A stretch of 63,943 bases of DNA, counting the filler, from Nemertoderma westbladi (lineage: Eukaryota; Animalia; Xenacoelomorpha), in NCBI GenBank assembly GCA_032718475.1. It is 3 parts of 3 records of this genome, joined end to end, with 100 filler letters (N's around TTAATTAATTAA, not from the genome) between each part and the next. Parts side by side here need not be neighbours in the genome. Positions count along the whole stretch, not along the records: positions 1 to 30,174 come from JAUCBJ010001031.1; positions 30,275 to 50,273 come from JAUCBJ010004396.1; 1 more part is not named here. One strand, given 5' to 3'. Below the pieces are notes generated by a model. That model was not told where the DNA came from. It searched no databases and saw only the letters and a program-made list of their open reading frames with translations. The first letter of the stretch is position 1. Every line of letters begins with the position of its first letter. Both the position numbers and the translations under genes were made by a program. Below, one piece after another: positions 27,556 to 38,266 of this stretch.

Positions 27556-28247
27556 TACTATCTGCTACCCGAAGGTAGGGGTGGGCGCTACTCCTATCTG
27601 CTACCCGAGGGTAGGGGTGGGCGCTACTCCTATCTGCTACCCGAAGGTAGGGGAGGGCGCTACTCCTATCTGCTACCTGAAGGTAGGGGTGGGCGCTACT
27701 CCTATCTGCTACCCGAGGGTAGGGGTGGGCGCTACTCCTATCTGCTACCCGAAGGTAGGGGTGGGCGCTACTCCTATCTGCTACCCGAAGGTAGGGGTGG
27801 GCGCCACTCCTATCTGATACCCGAAGGTAGGGGTGGGCGCTACTCCTATCTGCTACCCGAGGGTAGGGGTGGGCGCTACTCCTATCTGCTACCCGAAGGT
27901 AGGGGTGGGCGCTACTCCTATCTGCTACCCGAGGGTAGGGGTGGGCGCTACTCCTATCTGCTACCCGAAGGTAGGGGTGGGCGCTACTCCTATCTGCTAC
28001 CCGAGGATAGGGGTGGGCGTTACTCCTATCTGCTACCCGAGGCTAGGGGTGGGCGCTACTCCTATCTGCTACCCAAGGGTAGGGGTGGGCGCTACTCCTA
28101 TCTGCTACCCGAGGGTAGGGGTGGGCGCTACTCCTATCTGCTACCCGAGGCTAGGGGTGGGCGCTACTCCTATCTGCTACCCGAGGGTAGGGGTGGGCGC
28201 TACTCCTATCTGCTACCCGAGGGTAGGGGTGGGCGCTACTCCTATCT
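27556..28247 (+). repeat. G-rich 36-bp minisatellite (~19 copies) in the ACO2 last intron
   Basis: Unit CTACTCCTATCTGCTACCCGA[A/G]GGTAGGGGTGGGCG. Confidence 0.95.
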
Positions 28248-28269
28248 ACTACTCCTATCCCTTGTTTTC

Positions 28270-28384
28270 CTCCCAGTAATTCAACTGGTGCTCATTTTAT
28301 CGACCCCAGTGGATGGACCCTGGCGGGGCTCGAACCTTCAACCCCGATTGTAAGCCTGGCGTTCAACCAACGAACTAAGCTACC
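28270..28384 (-). mobile_element. tRNA-derived SINE head
   Basis: Minus strand reads GGTAGCTTAGTTCGTTGG (A-box-like) ... GGTTCGAGCCC (B-box), followed by GGGGTCGATAAAATGAGCACCAG, which resembles a conserved SINE central domain. Confidence 0.6.
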
Positions 28385-28451
28385 CAGTCAGTTTCATTTA
28401 TGTTTTAATAGTCCTTTGTTTACAATTTGTAATTTATTATAATTAATTCAG

Positions 28452-28907
28452 GTGAAGAATGTTTTAACTGGAGACTATGAGGGAGTACCAGACACCGCTC
28501 GCAAGTACAAGGCGGCCAATATCCCGTGGGTTGTAGTCGGAGACGAGAACTATGGAGAAGGGAGTAGTCGCGAACACGCAGCATTGGAACCCAGACACCT
28601 CGGGGGCAGAGCTATCATTGTGAAAAGTTTCGCGAGAATACACGAAACCAACCTCAAGAAACAAGGCGTTCTGCCACTCACATTCAGTTCGCCGTCCCAT
28701 TACGATAAAGTCAGACCGGACGATAGGATCTCTCTCCTAGGATTGGCTAATCTGTCTCCAGGGAAACAGGTCGAATGCGTGCTGACTCACAGCGATGGAA
28801 CCAAAGACTCTATTATGCTGAATCAATCGATGAATCAGGGACAGATTGAGTGGTTCAAGGCTGGCAGCGCTCTTAACAAAATGGCTCGCGACTTGGCTGG
28901 TAAATAG
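28452..28907 (+). CDS. ACO2: Mitochondrial aconitate hydratase, terminal exon
   Basis: ttcag acceptor; VKNVLTG...[43 protein letters not shown]...WFKAGSALN; in frame with the previous exon. Confidence 0.97.
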   Translation: MKNVLTGDYEGVPDTARKYKAANIPWVVVGDENYGEGSSREHAALEPRHLGGRAIIVKSFARIHETNLKKQGVLPLTFSSPSHYDKVRPDDRISLLGLANLSPGKQVECVLTHSDGTKDSIMLNQSMNQGQIEWFKAGSALNKMARDLAGK

Positions 28908-29294
28908 AACATTCTAGAATTCGCGTAGATTATAAACGTACATTTTATTGGTTAACTGTGACATCGTTTGTTAGCACATAAAAGTAGTTAGTTAGAGGCC
29001 TGTACCTAAATATTTTATATTTATATCGCTACCTTGTCGTTCAAAGCGTGCTAACTAAGCAAGTAGTTATTGATAGTAAAAATGTTTGAATAATGAACCT
29101 CCTTAGATTATGACTATTTAATATACTTTTTTCGATTCAGGGTAAATATCGGTGGTAAATTTCTTCCCGTTTTTTTTAAGTTATGAGTGTCGTAATTCTA
29201 CGCAAAAACACAAATAAATAATTATATTTACACAATAATTTATGTTATAATATTTACGCATAAAATTAATCCACAACAGAAAGCTTTTATTCTA

Positions 29295-30173
29295 CTACAG
29301 TTCATCTTTCTTCTTATCTTCTCCACTCTCTTCTGCGAACTCTTTCATTATATTATCAATGAACTTCGCTAACTTCTCCAACTCCCATACGCCACTGTAA
29401 TCGGCAACTCGATTGTCAATTTGCATGAAAAGTTTCACCGAAGGAAACTCATCAACTACAATGTCGTAAAGCTGATTGGCCGTAGCGTCTATCTTACCGA
29501 AGACAATATCATTGTTATCTTTATACTTTTCGGCCAGTTCTTCTAATAATTTATCCAGTTTCTCACAGAGTCGGCAGGAAGGTCCTAAGAATCCCACTAA
29601 AGCATTAACACCAGAATTTCGTACAACCTCATGGAAAGTTCTACCAACTAACACCTTAACTGGCTTATCGAACCAACCTTCAGGTATCGGCTCACTTTCA
29701 TGCTGACTCATTATTTTACCTTCCAAACATTGATTCACGAATTCTTCTACATTTTCCCTTGATATTTTTTCTAAAACTTTTGGTTTATATATCTTCATAT
29801 CGCCCTCTAGACTTTGCACAACTCTGACTGTAGGGATATCTGAGTCGTACAACTGGAAGTATTCCAAAACTCGGAAATTATCTTTCAAAGTCGCTTCAAT
29901 AAATACGAATAAAACTCTACCTTTAAAAAGTTCAGCAGTTTCCTCAAACTCCTTCAGTATGTCAGCGAATCCCTCAGACAGATGGTCTGCAAACAGAAAC
30001 GCGTGACGTTTAATATGACCGTCGAATAATATTGAAGCGGTATCGTCAGTAAAGTCGACCACTAACGGAAGTTTGCTGTGCCTTATAAACGAGGCCAAAG
30101 CCTTAAGAGTAACTTCGCCTTTATATTGGTCTCGCGTGTTCCCTTTATTTTTGAATACAACAATCTCATTGTC
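29295..30173 (-). CDS. Protein disulfide isomerase family member, C-terminal b/b'/a' region (5' end cut by contig end)
   Basis: PVKVLVGRTF, CRLC at the thioredoxin active-site position, KIDATAN, FPSVKLF, acidic tail and KDEL; frame open to the contig edge. Confidence 0.9.
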   Translation of the reverse strand, partial: DNEIVVFKNKGNTRDQYKGEVTLKALASFIRHSKLPLVVDFTDDTASILFDGHIKRHAFLFADHLSEGFADILKEFEETAELFKGRVLFVFIEATLKDNFRVLEYFQLYDSDIPTVRVVQSLEGDMKIYKPKVLEKISRENVEEFVNQCLEGKIMSQHESEPIPEGWFDKPVKVLVGRTFHEVVRNSGVNALVGFLGPSCRLCEKLDKLLEELAEKYKDNNDIVFGKIDATANQLYDIVVDEFPSVKLFMQIDNRVADYSGVWELEKLAKFIDNIMKEFAEESGEDKKKDEL

Positions 30174-30174
30174 G

Positions 30175-30274
30175 NNNNNNNNNNNNNNNNNNNNNNNNNN
30201 NNNNNNNNNNNNNNNNNNTTAATTAATTAANNNNNNNNNNNNNNNNNNNNNNNNNNNNNNNNNNNNNNNNNNNN
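30175..30274. other. Artificial contig spacer
   Basis: N44 + TTAATTAATTAA (stops in all six frames) + N44. Confidence 0.97.
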
Positions 30275-30327
30275 AACCTACTGTAGGCTGAGAACACTCC
30301 CCTTAGGCTGAAAACACTCCCCCTTAA

Positions 30328-31009
30328 GGGGGGGGGGGGGGGGGGGGGGGGGGTACACCATTTTGGTCAAAAATATGTCGAAATTTTTTTATGATCTATT
30401 ATCTCATTGCTACGTTTTTAAGTTATAACAATTTCCATTTAGGGATTCCTATTAAATTACTATCTACTATGTATAATGAAAGGTCGATTATCTCCAAATA
30501 TTTATTTTATGAAATTGTCAACTTCAAAACCCTACTACTTCTACAATTTTTGAGCAATTAGTCTGAAACTTTCTGTGGGTGTCTACATAGCCACCCTGCA
30601 TAAAAGTATCAGACAACTTTTCGAAATTATTTGTTAATAAAATTTAATACTATTTATAACAAACCTAAAAATTTAGCATAAATTTGCAGCGCCACCTAGC
30701 GGTGCAGAATTATTTTCACAAAATTTCGCCTGATAGTTATGTTGCCCCATCTTTGATCTATCATATAAAAAAACTTTCATGTGATTAGATTCAAAACTGT
30801 AAAAGCCTTAGGGTTTTAAGCGCAACCAAGTTTTTTTTGTTGTTAACTAGTATTAACTAATATTAAATAGCGAAAAATAAAAATTTTCTAACCTGTCATG
30901 TAGAATAGCATCTTAGGCACCTATATTCCAAATTATAGCCAAAACCAAACAATTTTGAAACGCTGAGAGTGATAAATCGAAGAGTTGTCCGAAAATGGTG
31001 TACCCCCCC
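30328..31009. mobile_element. MITE with TTAA target duplication (Kolobok-like GG termini)
   Basis: TTAA-G(n)TACACCATTTT ... AAAATGGTGTACCCCCCC-TTAA; inserted in a short GGCTGA...CTCCCC tandem repeat. Confidence 0.75.
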
Positions 31010-32263
31010 TTAAGGCTGAAATGACTCCCCTAATTGAGTTATACTGTAGTTCATATCCGTACCTGTGGTATTTTCGTATATTGCTAAAATAATACTGTAA
31101 CCTATGTTATTGAGTTATCGTTTATTGTTTTGGTTAGAAAAGGCCGCCACTATAACCTGCTCCTTTCCGTTAAATAAGAAATCTAGAGAGAAAACTGGGG
31201 AGTATTCTGAAAAATTGAAAAATCGTCACAAGCATGCCTTGGTGAAACAAAAATGTTTATTATTAATTTATGGAAAGGAGCTGGTAATAGTGGCAGGCTA
31301 TTCTAATCAAAACAATAAACGAGAGTGACTCACATTGGTTTCAGTTTATTTTTTCCTCGTTTTCAGCTGTTATTTATTACCAACTTCCGCTTGAAATGTT
31401 TTTTTTCCACATGCGACCAACTTCAGCTACTGTCTGTAATATTGATACCGGGTTATCAATAAGATGTTATCAATAATTGCGTTCAGCTGGAATATTTCCG
31501 AAATAGTTTCCGATTGAAATTACAATTTCTGAGATCAATTATACTGAAGATTTTTTTCAAGGTTTAAAGTTTAATTAAATAGTCCAAATAAAATAAGGGG
31601 GCGTTCATTAGTGACGTTACGGTCAATATGGGGAGGGGGGACTAGAAATTTGTGACAAACTGTGACATATGGGGGAGTCAACTACACTTTACTAACGAAC
31701 GAAAATCGTGGTCACGATATATTAAATGTCTACTGTCAGACTATAGAAGTGCCCTATACAAAATCGCGGGATTTTTGTTCATGAATCCCGGGATTGCATT
31801 GTCTTCAGGGATCCTGGGACAACCAGCCCAACTATGTAGTACCGGTACATACTAGAAAGCCAGCAAGCTGGCTGGAAGGAGCCCGGGGGAAGAATCCTAT
31901 TTACAAGAAAGACTATTACAGTACAAATAAACCTTGTCGGTCAACAGTAAGTAACCTAAACAATTGTCTAAACTATAAGGCGTGGGGCTAGCTGACTTTG
32001 TGGCTCGTCCCACATAATTAAAATTGAAACTTTGCTATGACAACACACCCGGTTCTTTTAAATTTGCGTGATTTGATTTATGCTCGCACCACTATTTGTA
32101 AGAAATGTTAAAAATTTTCTTACAGTATGCCAATGTAGTAATGGTATTAAAATATAATTAAATTAATTTGCACTATTAATGCTTCAGCTAAAAAATGATG
32201 CTAATCCTTTGTAATAAAAAAAATAAGAATATTATTTTTAAGAACATTCTACATATATCCTAT

Positions 32264-32696
32264 ACACGAAGTGGGGACTTCGCGCAGCACGAAGTTGGCG
32301 AAACCTTAGCGAATTGACACTGTTAGGGGGTGGGTCAATTTATGCAAATAGTTGTCGTCGTTAGTTGTTTTCACTTTCAGACCTTTGGCCCTCTAGCGGC
32401 AGACTGGAGAACTGCAGATGGATTCGCCTCCTTTGAAAGTCACAGCTAATGGTCTAATACATATCTGCCAAGTTTCAGCTTAAACGGATTAAAAGCAAAG
32501 AAATGGGAGGGCATTTAATGTTTAGACATGTGGCCCTCTAGCGGGAGACCATTGCACTGATGGTCTCTGAAAGTCTCTCAAAAATCTCAACTTTTGCTCA
32601 TATTGATACCTACAAATTTTCAACTTGGCAGCTTTAAATCCGACAAAGTTATTAGCATGTCAAAATCGTAACGACGACGACGACGACAACGACGAC

Positions 32697-32741
<45 letters not shown>

Positions 32742-32834
32742 AACGACGACGACGACAACTATTTGCATAAATTGACCCACCCCCTAACAGTGTCAATTCG
32801 CTAAGGCTCCGCCAACTTCGTGGCTCGCCCCACA
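32264..32834 (+). mobile_element. ACA-flanked inverted-repeat element with (ACG)n microsatellite
   Basis: ACA-CGAAGTGGGGACTTCGCGCAGCACG...; ~75-bp inverted arms; (ACG)n; ...CGTGGCTCGCCCC-ACA. Confidence 0.8.
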
Positions 32835-34149
32835 AAATAATCAGCGAATGATTCGTGGAATAATAATATAATCCTACTGCAGTGGTATAATTTATTTTTT
32901 TTATTGACAACTCAACTATTTTCTGTCTATCCCTGAGAGCTGATAAAGGATGTGTAGACTCAGACAGCAGCCAGCAGCAGGAGGGGTGTAGTCAAGAAAT
33001 TCTGCATTGATGGAATTCTATCTCAGGCAGCCCTGCACTAAACCATTCCTACACAGCTAGCTGCTGCAGCAGCTCAGGAAGGAGTTGTTACTTTACCATT
33101 GCTTTTAATTTCGCGACAAAGTAATTTCAAAAAAACGAAATATATCGAATACCACACATTGAATTGATCTGATATTTTGCAACGCGATTATGAACCACCA
33201 AAGCAATTTACTTGTAAAATTTCAACAAAATCGCCAGGCAGGAAGTGCCTGAACCTAGATAATTATCAGTCAGTCAGTCAGTCAGTGTTATATATCCTGA
33301 GATTTGTACAGTAAGTATCCCGCAGATTTTTACAGTAAGTATCCCGCCTGTCGAGCGGGCTCCTAATTAAAAGGTAGAACGACATACTGTATAACGTTTT
33401 ATAACCACGTATAGCGAACTATAATATGAAACTTTAACGTGATATGGTATAGTACTTTACTGTTTCTTTACTGAATAACTCCCATTAGGTGGGTTTAACT
33501 TTCGGAGTAATCTTAGGCTAATCTGAACAACAGTCGTAAGTCCATTAAATCTATCTTATATCGTTATTATGATAGCACATTATACTGTAGGTCGTTCTTG
33601 ACTAACTTCAGGTCTCAGGTGTAGTGCTTGACGGTTTTGGAAGACATGAACTGCAATTAGCCTAGCACTGTTTGAATTTCTCTCCTGTATATAAAATTTA
33701 TCTCCTGTATCTCTCTCTCACTGTATATGAATAACATTTTCTCACTAGTGTGAGTGTGTCAGAGGATTGACACCAGAAACTCATGTCAACCCACATTACA
33801 ATTTAGTTATTTACAGCATGTGAACAATTTACCAAACTCACGAAATTAGCTCTTGAGTAATATGAATTAAACACATATCAGACAGTCTGCTTACGTACTG
33901 TAGGTAGGCTACCGGTTTTACTGTAGTTATAGACAATAATAAAATAACGTTATTAATAATTGCACTGAATTTTGAAGAAATATAATTAAATTTTGAAAAA
34001 TAAATAGAAATGAAAGAAATATTGCGGGAAAGACGAGAAAATATTGAACAGAAATGTTAGACTACTGTAATATGTATGAAAGGTGGGGGGTTGGGGGGGG
34101 GGGGGATGTAAAGTGTTTCTTTAATATTGAGTTATAGAATATCTTCGCC

Positions 34150-34302
34150 TCACAGGAAATAGAATGGTCAAAAATCGCCGAATCTTTAGTCGAATCGAAT
34201 CTTTAGGACAGAGAACCTACCGGTCCGGTAGGTCTTACCAGTGTGTTCCTCAATGCGTTTCCCAAGGTGTCGTATGGTACGGCCAATGTAGGAGGCTGGG
34301 CA
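34150..34302 (-). mobile_element. Penelope-like element, GIY-YIG endonuclease fragment (distal half)
   Basis: Minus strand CPASYIGRTIRHLGKRIEEH...SAIFDHS. Confidence 0.8.
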
Positions 34303-36014
34303 CTACTACTACTACTAGTATCGGCATGCTGCATTGCAGCTGCACTTTTAAGAAAGCTGTCCCGGCTTGTCGACAAAATTGCGGCGCCACAACTCCCTAT
34401 CACCCATGACATTTGCTAGATCATCCGCATCTTCAAGGCCAGTGTCCTTTAAGATGCGTCTCAAGAAAGTCATGGGCTGTCCACCATGTTTTATTCACTC
34501 CATGAGGCTGCCAAAGTACAAGATTATGCACTGGCTGGTCCTCACGGTGAAAGCAATGTCCTGCAAAGCGGAGGCGATTTTGTTCTAGTGTCAAGCTTGG
34601 GGGAACCAATGAGACACCTCCAATATTATATAGTGTCTGGTTGGAGATGTGTGCATTGTACTTGACACAATGAACCCGGCGTAGCATTCTTGTGAATGTG
34701 CCATCCAGAGATTTGGTGTCCTCAGCAGTTAGAGCCCAGCATGGTGCCCCATAGAGGAGTACTGGAACTGCTGTTGCTCTAAATAATCGGACCTTAAGAT
34801 TCCGATTAATTCTCGGTGACTTCCAAATCCTGGAAAGCCTATTCAAGGCTGCCCATGCCTTTCCCTTACGTATTCGAAGGTCCTCACCTGACTTCCGGAT
34901 CCATCATCCCAGGTAACAGAAGTCGTCCACATGCTCAAGCATACCATCCTTTGAGCTTATGCGCATCCGATCAGAGACTTGCTGAGAACTTTCAAAGTTA
35001 ACTGTCAAAATTTTGGTCTTTCTGGAGTTAATAAAAAGACCAACACTAGAAGCAGCATGCTCCAATGAGCTGAGGAACGTTGGGCTCCCTCTAGTGATTC
35101 TGAGAGTACTCCTAAGTCATCAGCAAAGTCTAGATCAGTTAGGTACTTGGCAGGATTTCCTCGACTTCTGGAGCCAGTAGGTGGAGTTATCATCACCCCA
35201 TCATCATTATGATGATCTAAGGACATGCGTAGAACATAGTCAACCACTATTATGAACAAGAATAGGTGCAAGTGTGTCTCCCTGGAGGACGCCCCATAAC
35301 ACTTCAAATGGTTCTGTGTCACCATCAACAGTAGGCACAAATGTTGTCGAACCATCGTATACTGATCTGATTGCTGCAATAATTTCATCAGGAATCCCAT
35401 ATAATGAAAGTATGCTGAACATACGTGAGCGGGAGACTGAATCAAAGGCCTTGAAGAAGTCAACAAAGATAACAGCCAGATGCATGTCTTTCTTTTTTGA
35501 TAACTCTTCAATTATCCTTCTAAGTGCCAAAATGGGTTCCATGGTCCCACGACCTTTACGGAACCCATTCTGATTTCCACGGAGCATTCTCTCAATGGGA
35601 TCCCTGATGCGATTTAATAGAATTCTATTGTATAGCTTTGCAGCAATCGAGATCAACGAGATTCCCCGAAAAGAACCATAGAGTGTTAGGTTGCCCTTCT
35701 TGGGAACTGGCACCAACTTATTTGTTTTCATTTCTTGTGGGACTCTTGTTGTTCGGTACATGTCTTCTGATGGGATAGATGAGCCTTAAACACTCAGGTA
35801 TTTTAAAGACCTCAGGGGGAACACCATCTACTCCACTGGCACGATTGGTCTTAATGCTCTTTGCAGCAGCCTTCACTTCTGCAAAGGAGATATCGCCAAT
35901 GGGAATATCTGGGAGTACCGACTCAGACACTTTTACTTCTATAAAGTTATCAGGCAATACCCTGTCATTATTGAGGAGCTTTTCAAAGTGGGCCTTCCAA
36001 CCATTGAGGCGATC
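34303..36014 (-). mobile_element. 5'-truncated RTE-like LINE (degenerate RT)
   Basis: FRGISLISIAAKLYNRIL, QNGFRKGR, FVDFFKAFDSV, GVLQGDTLAP, LDFADD; frameshifts; (TAG)n tail; 9-bp TSD GGCTGGGCA at 34294-34302 and 36015-36023. Confidence 0.9.
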
Positions 36015-36470
36015 GGCTGGGCAGCTTCCACAGTTGTATTTATAGACGACTCCAGAACGCATGAGGAGGGGGGCGCAGTCTTTATAGGGAAAGAGGGAGG
36101 ACAACCTACAGCTATTTTGAAAGACTATTTTGAGTTCAATATGGGGGAAGCATCGAAATAAACGTAATAGACGATTCTTAATAAGAATGCCGTGGTGACC
36201 TGTGAAAGGAAGGCATATCATCACGGGGCGTTTTGGAACAGACTGGGAGTTGGCAGGAGGATTATTGAGTCTAGAGAGAAAGAGATTGGTAACAGAGTCC
36301 ATAAGTGACTTGGGATAGCCATTGGAGCGCAAGGTGGTGCAGAGATCAACCAGAATGGAATGGAAAGTAAGATAACTAGATGAAATATAAAACAATCTAC
36401 TAATAAGAGTATAAACCAACCCAAATTTATAATTGCACAGCATGAAACTGTCATAATTTGTGTACAAACC
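36015..36470 (-). mobile_element. Penelope-like element, RT C-terminus/linker and start of GIY-YIG
   Basis: YKFGLVYTLISRLFYISS...NGYP...LPFTG...SGVVYKYNCGSC. Confidence 0.8.
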
Positions 36471-37303
36471 AGTATAGGTAGCTTTCCCACAATATTTCTT
36501 TCATTTCTATTTATTTCTCAAAACTTAATTAAATTTCTTCAAAATTCAGTGCAATTATTTATAACGGTATTTTATTATTGTCTATAACTACAGTAAAACC
36601 GGCAACCTACCTACAGTACGTAAGCAGACTGTCTATTATTGTGTTTTCCATTTATACAGTATATAGTGTAATATGAATTCATTTATTTGAGCCCTGAGTG
36701 AAATGTACCATATAACCTACTGTACAGTAGATACAGTACGTAAATTGATCAACTATTTCAAATAATTTATCATAAAATAAAATACTACAGTAGTAATAGA
36801 AACTCACATCCTATTAGACCTCGGAAAAGAATACGTATTCTTTTGACAATTGACAATTATTTTACTGCACACTAAATAAATTGTATTATATATTAATTGG
36901 TAGCACAAATGAATGAAATTATAACTTAATAGGAACAATTGTTAAAAAAGGCAGTCGTCGTGTAGTATTGCAAGCTTGAAGGGCGTAAATGTATCAGGAA
37001 GCGATAGACAGTGATGAGCATAAAATAATGGAATTCAGTATTACCATCAGAGCAAAATGTTATCAGAAGAACGCTTTCACTTTCAGACATTTTACCCTAT
37101 CATTCGTGTCACTTGAATATGAACACATATAAAAAGAAATGTTTTCGCACTGCTACTGAAATGTCTATAAAACGATTAAGAACTTGAAAATGCTTTCTTC
37201 AGAATATAAATATCCATTAATTTGTGATTAAGATTTCATTGATAATAACACAAAATTCGATACTTTTACCCTAACCATATAACTTAGTCCACTTAATATA
37301 CAC

Positions 37304-38266
37304 TTAATAAGTGTAATAGCGCTGATTACGGGAGTATTTAAGATAAACTAGACGATTACTACCAGTTTCGTACACAAATAACCCTTGATTTCCATCCACG
37401 ATCATTGAAACCGAGCCACCGAACCCATCCACGGGAACCACATCCAATCGAGCTACTTCGGTACCATCCTCAACATTTCTATATATTCCGAGGAAATCCT
37501 TGCCTTCTCCGTGAAGAGGTACTATTAAATGCGAAGCTCCACCTCCTATACGTAGGGATTCGATCCCTCCAATAGGCCCGGATTTACCGCAGAGGAGAAC
37601 ACATCCAGTTTCCTCCAATTCGAGGGTAATGTTGGGTTTGGAGCCGGTAGACTTATAGCTGCATATGGATAAGGTTTCTGCGTTTCGGTCGAACAAACCG
37701 AGTGTTAACTCGAAGCCATACCCAACCCTGGGAATAACTAACTCCCCGACTTGGCTCACTTGCGATATCCAATCAATAGACCAATCCTCTTCATTTAGTT
37801 TTATTACATTCTTGTTGATAGTTATAAGATAAATACCATGAATCGTATAGACGCCTACTATAGACCCAATGGGTTTATCTTGATATCTCTCGTTACGAAG
37901 ACATATACGTTTAACTACGACGCCATCATTCCTATCTACGACAAACACGCAATCATCTGTAGCAGCGATCCAAAGCGTATCGGTGGGACTTTCTAAGAAT
38001 CGAATCTGTTTATTGGTGGAGTCGCAGTCGGTATTTAAAGTAATCGGTTTCCCTTCTAGAGTCATAAAGTCATCGTTGTTGTTTACATTATAGAATACAA
38101 CCTTCTTTGTATTAGAATCGGTAATTCCGAGGATTCTCCCAAGACCACCACCAATGACACCCAGTTTACCGATTCCTGTCTGACGATAATCGATCCGACA
38201 CGTTTCGGTTACTTTCGGCTTCTCTAATAATTCCTTCTGGTATTGGTGGAGGTTGAATCTTTCCAT
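37304..38266 (-). CDS. Hypothetical intronless 320-aa protein, possibly a beta-propeller
   Basis: 963-bp uninterrupted ATG-TAA ORF of ordinary composition in AT-rich flanks; beta-strand-rich, C-terminal LFVYETGSNRLVYL resembles an NHL-type blade (inference). Confidence 0.65.
   Translation of the reverse strand: MERFNLHQYQKELLEKPKVTETCRIDYRQTGIGKLGVIGGGLGRILGITDSNTKKVVFYNVNNNDDFMTLEGKPITLNTDCDSTNKQIRFLESPTDTLWIAATDDCVFVVDRNDGVVVKRICLRNERYQDKPIGSIVGVYTIHGIYLITINKNVIKLNEEDWSIDWISQVSQVGELVIPRVGYGFELTLGLFDRNAETLSICSYKSTGSKPNITLELEETGCVLLCGKSGPIGGIESLRIGGGASHLIVPLHGEGKDFLGIYRNVEDGTEVARLDVVPVDGFGGSVSMIVDGNQGLFVYETGSNRLVYLKYSRNQRYYTY

Larger units (their letters stand above)
33880..36634. repeat. 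~153-bp inverted repeat pair (33880-34032 / 36482-36634) enclosing retroelement fragments
   Basis: AGACAGTCTGCTTACGTACTGTAGGTAGG... is the reverse complement of ...CCTACCTACAGTACGTAAGCAGACTGTCT along the whole arm, with scattered mismatches. Confidence 0.85.

Noticed and set aside
27529-28353. 274-aa RGG-repeat protein
   Set aside because: Translation of an intronic minisatellite; TTG start and no other support
6527-28907. WDR82-ACO2 fusion protein
   Set aside because: Phases are incompatible (2 vs 1); the junction reads AGG-TAA
32620-32910. Protamine-like poly-Arg ORF
   Set aside because: (ACG)n microsatellite inside a mobile element
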